Assembly (NCBI GenBank): GCA_041650715.1
Contig: JBAZKQ010000001.1
Span: forward strand, 454,945 to 518,944
Direction of reading: 5' to 3'
Source of the DNA: Patescibacteria group bacterium
Lineage (GTDB): Bacteria; Patescibacteriota; Patescibacteriia; Patescibacteriales; UBA12465
DNA length: 64,000 bases
Below, piece after piece: positions 51,415 through 60,994 of this stretch. The notes beneath the pieces are model-generated. The model did not search any database. It worked only from the letters and a program-made list of their open reading frames with translations, and was not told the DNA's origin. Numbering within the stretch: position 1 is the first letter of the stretch; every line of letters starts with the position of its first letter. The translations under genes were made by a program, and so were the position numbers.

Positions 51415-52731
51415 TTATGGATTCAAGCGCTTAACGTCGCGCGGTAAGAAGCAAGCTTCCTTAATACTACCGAGTCCCATGAGCTTCATCACGATTCGGC
51501 CCGGGCCCATACCGATACCGCCGTGATTTGGGCAGCCATAGCGGAAGAAATTAATATAATCTTTTAATTCTTCTAAATTCATGCCTTTTTCAATCGCCTG
51601 TTTTTCGAGGACTTCAACGCGGTGTTCGCGCTGTGAGCCCGTCGTAATTTCGAGGCCGCGATAAAGCAGATCGAAACTCTTCGTCAGATTATTATTATCC
51701 TCATGGCGCATATGATAAAAAGGGCGCGCGGCAATCGGATAATCGGTGACGAAAACAAAGTCATGATTCATTTCCTCTTTGATAATTAGGCCTAATTCTT
51801 TTTCTTCTTCGGTTGAGAAATCCCAATCCTTTTCGCTCTTAATTCCCTTCGCCGCTAATTTCTGTTTCGCTTCCGCGAGAGTAATGCGCGGGAAAGGCTG
51901 TGCCGGCACTTCAATATCAAGCCCTAAATCTGTTTTAACTTTTTGAAAACCGGAGACAAGCAAGCCCTCTTCTGTATCCATTAAATCGGCATGTGATTTA
52001 ATATAAGCCATTTCAAAATCCCAACCCGTGAATTCAGTGACATGGCGCGTGGTAAAAGATAATTCCGCGCGGAAAACCGGACCGCAGCAAAATACTTTTT
52101 CAAAGCCCGATGCAATCGCCATCTGCTTGTAAAACTGAGGAGACTGAGAAAGATAGGCTTTACGATCAAAATATTTAACTTCAAAAACTTCCGAACCGGT
52201 TTCAGATGAGGTGCTCATGAGGCAGGGGGTATTAATTTGGAGAAAATCATTTTTGGAAAAATATTCGCGGAAACCTTCTTCGAGCTTAGACCAGACTTTA
52301 AAAATCATTTGATTCTCTTCACGGCGTAAATCAAGCCAGCGCCAATCAAGACGATTATCTAAATTCGCTTCATTATCCGCTTTAGCTAAAACCGGGATCG
52401 GTAATTCCTCTTCAGCAAGTGAAATTAGAGTGACGCCCGTTGCCGCTAATTCAAAATCTTGAACCGGGTTCGGATCGTTTTTTTTCATCGGTTTCGCCTG
52501 TAGAGTTCCAGTTACTTCAATCACGCTCTCCAGATTCAATTTTTCCGCTAAATTAAAATTATCGTTATTGCCGTCACTATTCGACACAAAAACAACTTGG
52601 ATTAAACCGCTGATATCGACGAGATCGATAAACACCAGGCCCTTATGCAGGCGTAAATTCCGCACCCAACCGGTAACGGTCACTTCGCCCTGGCCTTGTT
52701 TTTTGGCTTCGGTAATTTTAATTCTTGGCAT
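51415..52731 (-). CDS. aspS: Aspartate--tRNA ligase, archaeal/eukaryal-type (438 aa)
   Basis: FRAELSFTTRHVTEFTGWDFEM, TGSQREH, GGIGMGPGRIVM. Confidence 0.9.
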   Translation of the reverse strand: MPRIKITEAKKQGQGEVTVTGWVRNLRLHKGLVFIDLVDISGLIQVVFVSNSDGNNDNFNLAEKLNLESVIEVTGTLQAKPMKKNDPNPVQDFELAATGVTLISLAEEELPIPVLAKADNEANLDNRLDWRWLDLRREENQMIFKVWSKLEEGFREYFSKNDFLQINTPCLMSTSSETGSEVFEVKYFDRKAYLSQSPQFYKQMAIASGFEKVFCCGPVFRAELSFTTRHVTEFTGWDFEMAYIKSHADLMDTEEGLLVSGFQKVKTDLGLDIEVPAQPFPRITLAEAKQKLAAKGIKSEKDWDFSTEEEKELGLIIKEEMNHDFVFVTDYPIAARPFYHMRHEDNNNLTKSFDLLYRGLEITTGSQREHRVEVLEKQAIEKGMNLEELKDYINFFRYGCPNHGGIGMGPGRIVMKLMGLGSIKEACFLPRDVKRLNP

Positions 52732-52823
52732 ATAACTAAATTAGCTCCGTTCTCCTTGGCGGAGCCGGATTTTATAAAAATTTACTTATTTAACTACTTC
52801 AATTTTAACCGATTATGAGCTTT

Positions 52824-53573
52824 TTAGCAATGAAAATTCAGGAAATTCTGCGTTAAAATTGACAATTCTTTTATTATCTTCTTGTCTAATTTTAGCTTTT
52901 TGGCCAGATCTAATTTATTGTCTAAAATAAAGCGCATTAATTTAATACAATTATCTGATATTGTCAATAATTCAGCCACACTAACGCCTTCGGTTGTTCT
53001 TTCTTTCTCCAGACAAGCGCCGCAAATTATCCCGCCGTTTTTTAAGTTGAAATAATTAAGACCTGCTTTGACGGGTTGGCGGCAATTTAGACATTCATAC
53101 ATTTCCGGTTTATAGCCGAGTTCAGTCATTAATTTAAGAGCAAAAAAAGCAAAATAAAGTTCCCCGCTCTCTGGGGAGAACTCGGCGTCTGGATAATTAT
53201 CTAAAACTTCGAGCCAGCGGCTAAGTAAGAGAAAAAGACGTTCATCCGGCTGCGCGTCGCGTACTAAGCGGCTAAACCAGCGCAAAGCGCGCCCGGCAAA
53301 AAATATTTTATTTAAATTATCTTTAATATTTAAATAAGCATTTTTTGTTATGGCGCTCCCCACATAATCAAAACCTCGTCCTTTGATTATTAAAATATCG
53401 GCCAAACTCATCGGTTCTAAGTGTCCGGCTAATTTTGATTTAATTTTCTTAGTGCCGCGCGCAACCAGCGAAAACTTGCCGAAATCGCGCGTATAGACCG
53501 TAACTAAAGAATCGCTCTCGCGGTAAGCGGAGCGATTAAGAATAATTGCCTGTGAATGTTTGGTTTCATCCAT
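52824..53573 (-). CDS. recO: DNA repair protein RecO
   Basis: N-terminal OB region (AIILNRSAYRESDSLVTVYTRDFGK) and a Zn motif CLNC...CGAC. Confidence 0.85.
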   Translation of the reverse strand: MDETKHSQAIILNRSAYRESDSLVTVYTRDFGKFSLVARGTKKIKSKLAGHLEPMSLADILIIKGRGFDYVGSAITKNAYLNIKDNLNKIFFAGRALRWFSRLVRDAQPDERLFLLLSRWLEVLDNYPDAEFSPESGELYFAFFALKLMTELGYKPEMYECLNCRQPVKAGLNYFNLKNGGIICGACLEKERTTEGVSVAELLTISDNCIKLMRFILDNKLDLAKKLKLDKKIIKELSILTQNFLNFHC

Positions 53574-53603
53574 AATGATAATAAAGATAGGGACATACCT
53601 TCT

Positions 53604-53742
53604 TCGCTTCGATGATTTCTGGGGAAAAAAGGAGACAAGGAAACTTTTTTGGAGCGCCTGTAATTTCGTAGAGAAAAAATAGGCTTTAGCTTATTTTTTC
53701 CACAGAAATTACCGAAGCGAAAAAAAAGATTTCCTTGGCTCC
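53604..53742. repeat. Palindromic intergenic element, copy B, with extended outer arms
   Basis: It has the same core as copy A (53645-53719). Outer inverted repeats are ggagacaaggaaa/tttccttggctcc and cgcttcgatgatttctg/cagaaattaccgaagcg. Confidence 0.75.
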
Positions 53743-53755
53743 TGTGAAAAAAGTA

Positions 53756-54136
53756 TTAATTACTATCCAAATAGTCTTGCAAAATTATCGTGGCGGCGAT
53801 TTCATCGCGTTCCGCCTTATCTTTTTTTTCGCCGCTGAGCGCATCAGCCGCGAGCGAACTTAGGCGTTCGTCTAATAATTCAACCGTTTTCCCGCTTTTT
53901 TCCCTTAGTTTTTCCACAAAATCAAGCCAAGCCGGATTATTGGCCGCTGCCCCGCTCATTTTTTTCGGACTACCGATAACAACCACGTCAATTTCTTCTT
54001 CTTCAATCACGGCCAAGAGCTCGTTAAGACTGGCTACGGTTTTAAACGGCAAAGCCAAAGAAGTCTCCTCGTCAGCGAGAGCCAAGCCAATTCGCTTTTC
54101 ACCCCAATCAACACCGATATATTTTTTTGACTCCAT
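53756..54136 (-). CDS. ruvX: Holliday junction resolvase-like RuvX/YqgF
   Basis: YIGVDWGEKRIGLALAD...VVIGSPKKMSG...DERLSS. Confidence 0.9.
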   Translation of the reverse strand: MESKKYIGVDWGEKRIGLALADEETSLALPFKTVASLNELLAVIEEEEIDVVVIGSPKKMSGAAANNPAWLDFVEKLREKSGKTVELLDERLSSLAADALSGEKKDKAERDEIAATIILQDYLDSN

Positions 54137-54172
54137 ATAATTATGAGTGCGAGAGCTAATTAATAAGCGTAA

Positions 54173-54227
54173 CTATTTCGTTAATTTGCACTATTCCGTT
54201 AATTTGCTCTATTTCGTTAAAATTTCG
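54173..54227. repeat. Three tandem ~18-bp copies of the map 3' end
   Basis: ctatttcgttaatttgca / ctattccgttaatttgct / ctatttcgttaaaatttcg. The third copy is the last 6 codons of map. Confidence 0.8.
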
Positions 54228-55039
54228 TAGCCCTTCTCCGTGACCGCGATCGTATGTTCAAAATGCGCGCTCAAAGAATTATCGGCGGTTATAACCGTAT
54301 AACCGTTGCGGGCAATTTTAACCCGCCAGCCGCCGGCATTAATCATCGGTTCAATCGCGATTACCATTCCGACCCTAAGCACCATATTCTCCAAAGCGTC
54401 TTCATTGATTTCAAAATTAAAAACATCCGGTCCTTCGTGTGAGAAGTAGCCGACGCCGTGCCCGACCAAATCGCGTACTACGCCATAGCCATGGCTTTCG
54501 GCATGAGTCTGCACCGCTCGCGCGATATCATTAATCGTATTCCCCGGTTTAACCATTTTTATCCCGCGGTAAAGACATTCCTCAGAAACTTGTAGGAGTT
54601 TTTTTGTTTCTTTATTAATACGTCCGGCCGGTACAGTCGTACACATATCGGTATAAAAGCCGCCGCCTTTAGAGTGTTTATTTATGGGCGCCTTAAATTT
54701 TTCTCTGAGCTCGCTCGTCATCGGCCATTCCATGCCGATATCAATATCGACGATATCACCGTCTTTAACTTCCCGGTTCGGTAAAGACGAGCCGTGAACA
54801 ACTTCGTTATTTATCGAAATACAAAGCGTCGACGGAAAAAATATTCCGCCCCCCATGGGATAATTTTTAAAAGCCGGCCGACCGCCGATTTCTCGAATTA
54901 ATTTATCCGCCAATTCTTCCAAGGCTGCCGTCTGTAGTCCCGGCTTCACTTCCTTGGCCAGGCGCGCCAAAATAGCGCCCAAACGCGCGCCGCCTTCTTT
55001 GATTATCCGAATCTCTTCCTTTGTTTTTATATAAACCAT
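54209..55039 (-). CDS. map: Type I methionine aminopeptidase
   Basis: VVHGSSLPNREVKDGDIVDIDIG, VGHGVG, AIEPM, FEHT. Confidence 0.95.
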   Translation of the reverse strand: MVYIKTKEEIRIIKEGGARLGAILARLAKEVKPGLQTAALEELADKLIREIGGRPAFKNYPMGGGIFFPSTLCISINNEVVHGSSLPNREVKDGDIVDIDIGMEWPMTSELREKFKAPINKHSKGGGFYTDMCTTVPAGRINKETKKLLQVSEECLYRGIKMVKPGNTINDIARAVQTHAESHGYGVVRDLVGHGVGYFSHEGPDVFNFEINEDALENMVLRVGMVIAIEPMINAGGWRVKIARNGYTVITADNSLSAHFEHTIAVTEKGYEILTK

Positions 55040-55057
55040 AATAATTTTAATTAATAA

Positions 55058-55984
55058 CTAAGCGCTCGTCTTCTTTAAAGATTTATTCGACCGTACGGAC
55101 AGAAACAGGAAAATACCGAGAAGTAGGAACATATTAAGCGGGGCCAACCAGAACGGAAATTCATGGCCAAAACTTTCTAAAACCATAATCGCGCCCAGTA
55201 CGCCAATCGCATACATCGCGCCATTTTTCAAAAATTCATATTTAGAAATCAGATCAATGCCGCGCACCGTAAATTCACGGACGACGAAGGCACCGAGACC
55301 GTTGCCTAAAATAATCAAGGGGACGGAAACGGTAAAAGCGAAAGCGCCGATAACGCCGTCAATCGAAAAAGAGGCATCTAATACTTCCAGATATAAAATT
55401 TTACTCCAAGCGCCCATCGCCGGATCCATCAATTTCTTCTCCTGTGTTTCCGCATTCTTTTTAAAACCATCCGTAATAAAAAAGGCCGATACGCCGATAG
55501 TAGCCGCGAGCGCCAAAATCGGATCTTTTTGCAGAGAAAAATAGACGACGCCCGTGGTAATAAGCGAAGCAAGCGCATAAAACCAAGCACCCTGCCGGTG
55601 GATAAAACCCTCAACTAAAAAAGCGTATTTCTTCTCTTCCAAAAACAGCCAAGCCAAGAAAACCAAAAACAGATAAATCCCACCGCCGAGCAGTAATAGG
55701 GGCTTGGAATGTTCAATATAAGCCTTAATTTCCGGCGAATTGGAAAAAGTCGCGGTGACAACCTGCCAAATCCCCAGGCTGGGATTCGCAATCCAAACAA
55801 TCACAAAAGGCAAAAGACCGCGCACCACAAAAACGGCGAAGAGGAGTCCCCAGAATAAAAAAATCTTCCGGTATTTCTCCGGCATGGTTTTTAAAATATG
55901 GGCATTAACGACCGCATTATCAACACTGGAAATAATTTCGAATAAGCAGAGCCCGAGAATGATGGTGAGGAATGTAAAAAACAT
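55058..55984 (-). CDS. DUF475/TerC-like integral membrane protein
   Basis: EIISSVDNAVVNA...LDASFSIDGVIGAFA, with about eight TM helices. Confidence 0.7.
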   Translation of the reverse strand: MFFTFLTIILGLCLFEIISSVDNAVVNAHILKTMPEKYRKIFLFWGLLFAVFVVRGLLPFVIVWIANPSLGIWQVVTATFSNSPEIKAYIEHSKPLLLLGGGIYLFLVFLAWLFLEEKKYAFLVEGFIHRQGAWFYALASLITTGVVYFSLQKDPILALAATIGVSAFFITDGFKKNAETQEKKLMDPAMGAWSKILYLEVLDASFSIDGVIGAFAFTVSVPLIILGNGLGAFVVREFTVRGIDLISKYEFLKNGAMYAIGVLGAIMVLESFGHEFPFWLAPLNMFLLLGIFLFLSVRSNKSLKKTSA

Positions 55985-55991
55985 AATGATT

Positions 55992-56609
55992 TTAATTTAA
56001 ATTTATTGTTTCGTGATGAATGGCTGAAGTCACCGGCGGAACCGGTGCAGACTGGTTCGGTACGGGTTGATTAGAAGGGCCGCTCGGACCGGAGACGCCA
56101 GTTCCGGTTGTGAGACGTTCTTCAATCGCACTGGCCCGATTATCTTTCACTTGATTCTGATTAAAGTCTGAATCGCCGCGATTAATATGCGGCTTAGCGC
56201 CCATCTCTGGCTTAGCACCCATGGTCGGCTTGCCGGGCATAGTCGGCTTACCGACTTGAGTCTTCTTCTTTAATGCGCGATCAAGCATTTCCCGCCGCGA
56301 TATTTTTTCCGGTTCCGCTTTCTCGTTCTGCGCCGGGGTCGCTTCAAGGCGGTCAAAAATGCGCCTCACATCACGCTTTGCTTCATAATTAAGCTTAACC
56401 GAACTCTGACCGGATTCTGACTGCAGACGACGCATGGCGTCAGCGGCCTTAAAGCGGCCGCCCTTAATGGCAGCGCTACTGGTCTCAATGATCTTACTAA
56501 TCGGGGTGCGCAAATTCTTTAAAGCGCCGAATTTAGTCGCGGACCCAAGATTTTGGCGGAATTTCCCCAAACTAAAATTGCTGCCGCCACTAATATTATT
56601 TAAACTCAT
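55992..56609 (-). CDS. Hypothetical low-complexity protein
   Basis: The start was moved to the ATG at 56609 (MSLNNISGG). It removes the overlap with the upstream gene and has the local ttATG context. It contains GKPTMPGKPTMGAKPEMGAKP repeats. Confidence 0.5.
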   Translation of the reverse strand: MSLNNISGGSNFSLGKFRQNLGSATKFGALKNLRTPISKIIETSSAAIKGGRFKAADAMRRLQSESGQSSVKLNYEAKRDVRRIFDRLEATPAQNEKAEPEKISRREMLDRALKKKTQVGKPTMPGKPTMGAKPEMGAKPHINRGDSDFNQNQVKDNRASAIEERLTTGTGVSGPSGPSNQPVPNQSAPVPPVTSAIHHETINLN

Positions 56610-56613
56610 AATT

Positions 56614-56910
56614 TTATTTCTTAAAACTTTCCAGGAGTTCCTTGATTTGGTCCAAATCATTATAAGTTAAACCGAGTTTAAGACGATTCTGATAGAGGTG
56701 GTGGAGATCATGGCGAATTGTCAGGCTTGAGGGATAGGCGTGATCGATTAATTTCTGCTTGTACTTCTTAATCAAATCCATGATAAGCTCTCGATTTTCG
56801 CTGTCCAAATTCTTATAATTCGGGTTGGTGCGCATCAAGCGATCAAAGCGCTGATCAAGATGATAATCATTCTGTCCTTTTAAGTCTTCGGTTATATCTT
56901 TAAGGTCCAT
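56614..56910 (-). CDS. Hypothetical protein
   Basis: 98-aa ORF between secY and the low-complexity gene. Confidence 0.5.
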   Translation of the reverse strand: MDLKDITEDLKGQNDYHLDQRFDRLMRTNPNYKNLDSENRELIMDLIKKYKQKLIDHAYPSSLTIRHDLHHLYQNRLKLGLTYNDLDQIKELLESFKK

Positions 56911-57012
56911 AAATTTAAATTAAGTGATTATAAGCTAAATATAACATAAACAGGCACAAAACAAAAGGCTCAACCCGCCTGGATTGAGCCTTAATATCAG
57001 AGCTTTTTTAGT

Positions 57013-58284
57013 TTAGAGACCGTCATACTCACGCATAGTGAGCTGAGATTCAATCTGTTTAACCGTATCAATAACCACGGAAACAACGATTAAGAGACTG
57101 GTACCGCCAACCGAGAAAGCTTGGACGCCGGTAAAATAGCGCATAATCAATGGTAAGACCGCAATTAAACCCAAGAACAAAGCGCCGACCAGGATAATTT
57201 TATGAGTTGTATTAGCTAAATAATCGCTGGTAGTTTTGCCCGGGCGGATACCAGGAATAAATCCACCCTGCTTCTGTAAATTTTCTGCGATTTGGGAAGG
57301 ATGGAAAATAACTTCGGTATAAAAATAAGTAAAAGCAAAAACCAAAAGGAAATAAATAATTCCGTAAAATAATTGATTATTAAACAACTGAATAGTCGAG
57401 GCAGCGGCGTTAGCAATCCAAGCGGTTTTCGCATGAATTAAAAACTGGGCAATCATGGACGGAAATAGCACAATCGAAATCGCGAAGATAATCGGGATAA
57501 CGCCAGCCATATTGACGCGTAAAGGTAAATGCGTGCTGGTACCGCCGAAGGTGCGATTGCCTCTAATTTGCCGCGCATACTGCACCGGAATATTGCGCTG
57601 TCCTTCGTTAATGATAACAACGCCGATAACCGTAATAACACCAATAACGACAAAGCCCAAAAGCATAAATAATTGCGTCGAATCAAAGGTAATAAAAATC
57701 TGTTGAACAACCTTCGGTAAACCGGAAACAATACCGGCAAAAATTAAAAGTGAAATACCGTTACCGATTTTCTTTTCGGAAATAAGTTCACCAATCCACA
57801 TCAAGAAAATAGTCCCGGCGCTGATAGTAATGATAATAACAGCAAAATCAAAGGGAGCAACCGGCCCTAAAATACCGGCCGAACCGCGGCGGAGTAGCGT
57901 AATCATGCCGTAGGCCTGCATGGCCGCGAGCGGCACAGTCAACCAACGAGTCCACATATTAATTTTTTGCTGACCGGCTTCTTCTTTCTGCATTTCTTCA
58001 ATTGACGGCACAATCATGCCTAAAAGCTGAAAAATAATGGAAGAGGTAATATAGGGGGCGACACCCATCATGACGATGGAAAAAGTTTCCATACCGCCGC
58101 CGGAGAATAAATTCATCATTCCCAAAATCTGATTATTGGCGAATAAATTTTTCAGAGCGACCGCATTAACACCCGGAATCGGAATATGTGCAGCCAGACG
58201 AAAGACAACCAGCATCCCCAAAACAAAGAGGATATTATTTCTTAAATCCTTGGCTTTCCAAATTTGTTCTAATTTGTCGAACAT
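57013..58284 (-). CDS. secY: Preprotein translocase subunit SecY
   Basis: Ten TM helices, GVAPYITSSIIFQLL and GTIFLMWIGELISE. It follows rplO. Confidence 0.95.
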   Translation of the reverse strand: MFDKLEQIWKAKDLRNNILFVLGMLVVFRLAAHIPIPGVNAVALKNLFANNQILGMMNLFSGGGMETFSIVMMGVAPYITSSIIFQLLGMIVPSIEEMQKEEAGQQKINMWTRWLTVPLAAMQAYGMITLLRRGSAGILGPVAPFDFAVIIITISAGTIFLMWIGELISEKKIGNGISLLIFAGIVSGLPKVVQQIFITFDSTQLFMLLGFVVIGVITVIGVVIINEGQRNIPVQYARQIRGNRTFGGTSTHLPLRVNMAGVIPIIFAISIVLFPSMIAQFLIHAKTAWIANAAASTIQLFNNQLFYGIIYFLLVFAFTYFYTEVIFHPSQIAENLQKQGGFIPGIRPGKTTSDYLANTTHKIILVGALFLGLIAVLPLIMRYFTGVQAFSVGGTSLLIVVSVVIDTVKQIESQLTMREYDGL

Positions 58285-58295
58285 ATGTTCAAAAT

Positions 58296-58709
58296 TTATT
58301 TAATTTGGCCTTTGACCGGTGCGCTCGAACCAACTTTTTCGAAAGTAACCTTAACGGTTAATTTCTCCTTACCTAAAATTTTAACCGGCAATTCGGCCGA
58401 GCTGATTAACTTCTTTTCGAACAAAGTTGTCGGGTTAACAATTTCGTTATCTTTAAAATTATTGTTAATCGCTTTAACACTTACTACTTGGTTTTTCGGG
58501 CGATGTGATTTAAAACCGCGAACCTTCGGGATCGAGAGCAATTGCTTCTTCATACCCAAACGTTTCAAGCCGGTAACACCAGAACGTGATTTCTGCCCTT
58601 TCAAACCGCGGGTACTATAAGTACCGTGGCCTGACGCGTTGCCGCGACCGACCCGCTTATTCTTCTGGGAAGAGCCCTTGGCTTTTTTAATAGTATTAAG
58701 TGATAACAT
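58296..58709 (-). CDS. rplO: 50S ribosomal protein L15
   Basis: RVGRGNASGHGTYSTRGLKGQKSRSG. Confidence 0.95.
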   Translation of the reverse strand: MLSLNTIKKAKGSSQKNKRVGRGNASGHGTYSTRGLKGQKSRSGVTGLKRLGMKKQLLSIPKVRGFKSHRPKNQVVSVKAINNNFKDNEIVNPTTLFEKKLISSAELPVKILGKEKLTVKVTFEKVGSSAPVKGQIK

Positions 58710-58729
58710 ATTGATTCAATTAAAAAATA

Positions 58730-59404
58730 TTATTTTTTTTCTTCTTTCGCCTCGTCTTTATTAGTTTTTTCTTTTTTATTTTCATCCTTAACTTCCGGAC
58801 GGCGTAAACGGCGCAGGGCTTCAATCGTGCAACGCGCATTATTGATTTTATTTTTTGAGCCCAGGGCTTTACTGGTAACATTTTTGACGCCGGCTAATTC
58901 TAAAATAATACGAGCGACACCGCCGGAGATAACACCGCGTCCTTTTTTGGCCGGTTTAAACATCAAACGCGCTGCACCCATTTTCAAATTTATTTCATGA
59001 GGAATAGTTTCGTTTACCATCGGCACGTTAACCATAGTTTTTTTGGCGCGATTAACCGCTTTATTAACGGCCATCGTGACATCAGCTCCTTTGCCGAGTC
59101 CAACACCGACATTACCTTTCTTGTCGCCAATGGCAACGCAAGCGCGAAAATTCATTCTTTTGCCGCCGGCCATAACACGAGTTACGCGAGCAACCTCAAG
59201 AATGCGCTGTTCCATATCATCCTTCGGTCGATCATCGCGACGATCGCCGCGTCTGGCTCCACCGCGATAGCCACCGGCACCACCGGCACCACCGGCGCCA
59301 GGACGTTTAGCGCCACCGTAGATATCGGTCGCCACTGTGGCGGCTGCTCCGGTTGCGACTGCTTTCGCTTTATTTTCGGTTGTTGTTGTTTTAATTTCAG
59401 ACAT
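58730..59404 (-). CDS. rpsE: 30S ribosomal protein S5 with a Gly/Arg-rich N-terminal and a K/E-rich C-terminal extension
   Basis: RVTRVMAGGKRMNFRACVAIGDKKGNVGVGLGKG...GVISGGVARIILELAGV. Confidence 0.95.
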   Translation of the reverse strand: MSEIKTTTTENKAKAVATGAAATVATDIYGGAKRPGAGGAGGAGGYRGGARRGDRRDDRPKDDMEQRILEVARVTRVMAGGKRMNFRACVAIGDKKGNVGVGLGKGADVTMAVNKAVNRAKKTMVNVPMVNETIPHEINLKMGAARLMFKPAKKGRGVISGGVARIILELAGVKNVTSKALGSKNKINNARCTIEALRRLRRPEVKDENKKEKTNKDEAKEEKK

Positions 59405-59415
59405 ATTTATATAAT

Positions 59416-59769
59416 TTAAAATTGCAGACCGCCTTCACGCGCTCCTTCCGCTACCGCTTTAACGCGGCCATGGTATTTATAGGAGCTGCGATCAAATACG
59501 ACCTTAACAATATTTAAAGCTTTCGCTTTGCTGGCGATCAGTCCGCCTAATTCTCGGCCTAAATCAATCTTCGCGGCCTTCTTCTTTAACTCTAAAGTTG
59601 AAGCGCTCGCTAAAGTCTTGCCGCCTAAATCATCAATCAATTGCAAAAACATCCCGCGGTTTGAGCGAAAAACGCTTAAACGTGGCACCTCTGGCGTTCC
59701 GGAAATAGTGGAACGAACCCGAGCGTGGCGACGAATATTTTTCTGAGTCTTGGCCTTATTTTTATCCAT
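59416..59769 (-). CDS. rplR: 50S ribosomal protein L18
   Basis: [35 protein letters not shown]...[19 protein letters not shown]. Confidence 0.95.
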   Translation of the reverse strand: MDKNKAKTQKNIRRHARVRSTISGTPEVPRLSVFRSNRGMFLQLIDDLGGKTLASASTLELKKKAAKIDLGRELGGLIASKAKALNIVKVVFDRSSYKYHGRVKAVAEGAREGGLQF

Positions 59770-59796
59770 ATAATTAAATCTTTGTTGATAAGAAAA

Positions 59797-60342
59797 TTAT
59801 TTACCTTTTGACGCGGCTTTACCGGCCTTACGTCTGATAATTTCATCTGAATATTTAATTCCCTTTCCCTTGTACGGTTCCGGTTTTCTGATTTTGCGAA
59901 TCTGGGCAGCCGTTTCACCGACTAAAGCCTTATCCGCGCCGCTTAAAGTAATAACATTGCCTTCGACTGTCGCAGTGATTGTGGCCGGTAATTTAAATTC
60001 AACCGGATGAGAAAAGCCGAGCGCCATATTCAATTGGCCCGGAACAGAGGTTGCGCGATAACCGACGCCGTTGATTTCCAGTTTCTTCACAAAACCTTCG
60101 CTCACGCCGATAACGCAATTGCGAGTCAAACTCCAAACGAGTCCCCACATCGCACTGGCATTTTTCGCCGCGCGATCATAAGGAGCAACAATAACTTCGT
60201 CACCCACAACCTTAACTTCAACCATTGGGTTGGCGGCAACTTTCAATTCACCTTTCGGTCCCTTGAAAAGAGTTTCGCTGGCATTAACCGTTACCTGGAC
60301 GCCCGCGGGGATTTTAATTGGCAATTTTCCTAAACGTGACAT
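59797..60342 (-). CDS. rplF: 50S ribosomal protein L6
   Basis: MSRLGKLPIKIPAGVQV...GVGYRA...KGKGIKY. Confidence 0.95.
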   Translation of the reverse strand: MSRLGKLPIKIPAGVQVTVNASETLFKGPKGELKVAANPMVEVKVVGDEVIVAPYDRAAKNASAMWGLVWSLTRNCVIGVSEGFVKKLEINGVGYRATSVPGQLNMALGFSHPVEFKLPATITATVEGNVITLSGADKALVGETAAQIRKIRKPEPYKGKGIKYSDEIIRRKAGKAASKGK

Positions 60343-60360
60343 ATAAAATATTCTTATTGA

Positions 60361-60771
60361 TTAATAAATTTCACCTAATACTTCGCCGCCGATATGCTGC
60401 TTTTTAGCTTCTTTATTGGTCATTAGGCCTTTCGAGGTCGAAAGAATAGCCATCCCGTAATTATTCAAAACGGTCGGAATTTCATCCTTGCCCACATAAA
60501 TACGTAAACCGGGTCGGCTGATTCTCTTAATAGAGCCGATTTGAGGCTTACCGTTCTTGCGGTATCTCAATTGAATTTTCAGTTCATCAAAATTATTATG
60601 CTTGCCTTCCAAGCCGCCCGCTATTACCGAGAAATTCTTTACCCAACCTTCAGCCTCCAAAATTTTGGCTACTTCCAGTTTGATTTTAGAAATCGGCATA
60701 ACGACTTCCGTTTTCTTAACGGCGGAAGCGTTTCTAATTCTTGTGAACATGTCTGCGATGGGATCCATCAT
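60361..60771 (-). CDS. rpsH: 30S ribosomal protein S8
   Basis: DPIADMFTRIRNA...GGEVLGEIY. Confidence 0.95.
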   Translation of the reverse strand: MMDPIADMFTRIRNASAVKKTEVVMPISKIKLEVAKILEAEGWVKNFSVIAGGLEGKHNNFDELKIQLRYRKNGKPQIGSIKRISRPGLRIYVGKDEIPTVLNNYGMAILSTSKGLMTNKEAKKQHIGGEVLGEIY

Positions 60772-60797
60772 ATTTTTAGTAAATACTTAATAACTTA

Positions 60798-60983
60798 TTA
60801 CCAGCTGGATTTTGTAATACCCGGTAAATCACCGTTGTCCGCTAATTCCCGGAAACAAATACGGCATAATTTAAAATCGCCCATAAAGCCGTGATTACGG
60901 CCGCAACGCCAGCAGCGATTTATCTTACGCGTCGAAAACTTTGGTTTTCTTTTTGCTTTTACAATTAATGCAGTTCTTGCCAT
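60798..60983 (-). CDS. rpsZ: 30S ribosomal protein S14, type Z (zinc-binding)
   Basis: 61 aa, with [23 protein letters not shown]. Confidence 0.95.
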   Translation of the reverse strand: MARTALIVKAKRKPKFSTRKINRCWRCGRNHGFMGDFKLCRICFRELADNGDLPGITKSSW

Positions 60984-60994
60984 AGATATTTAAA

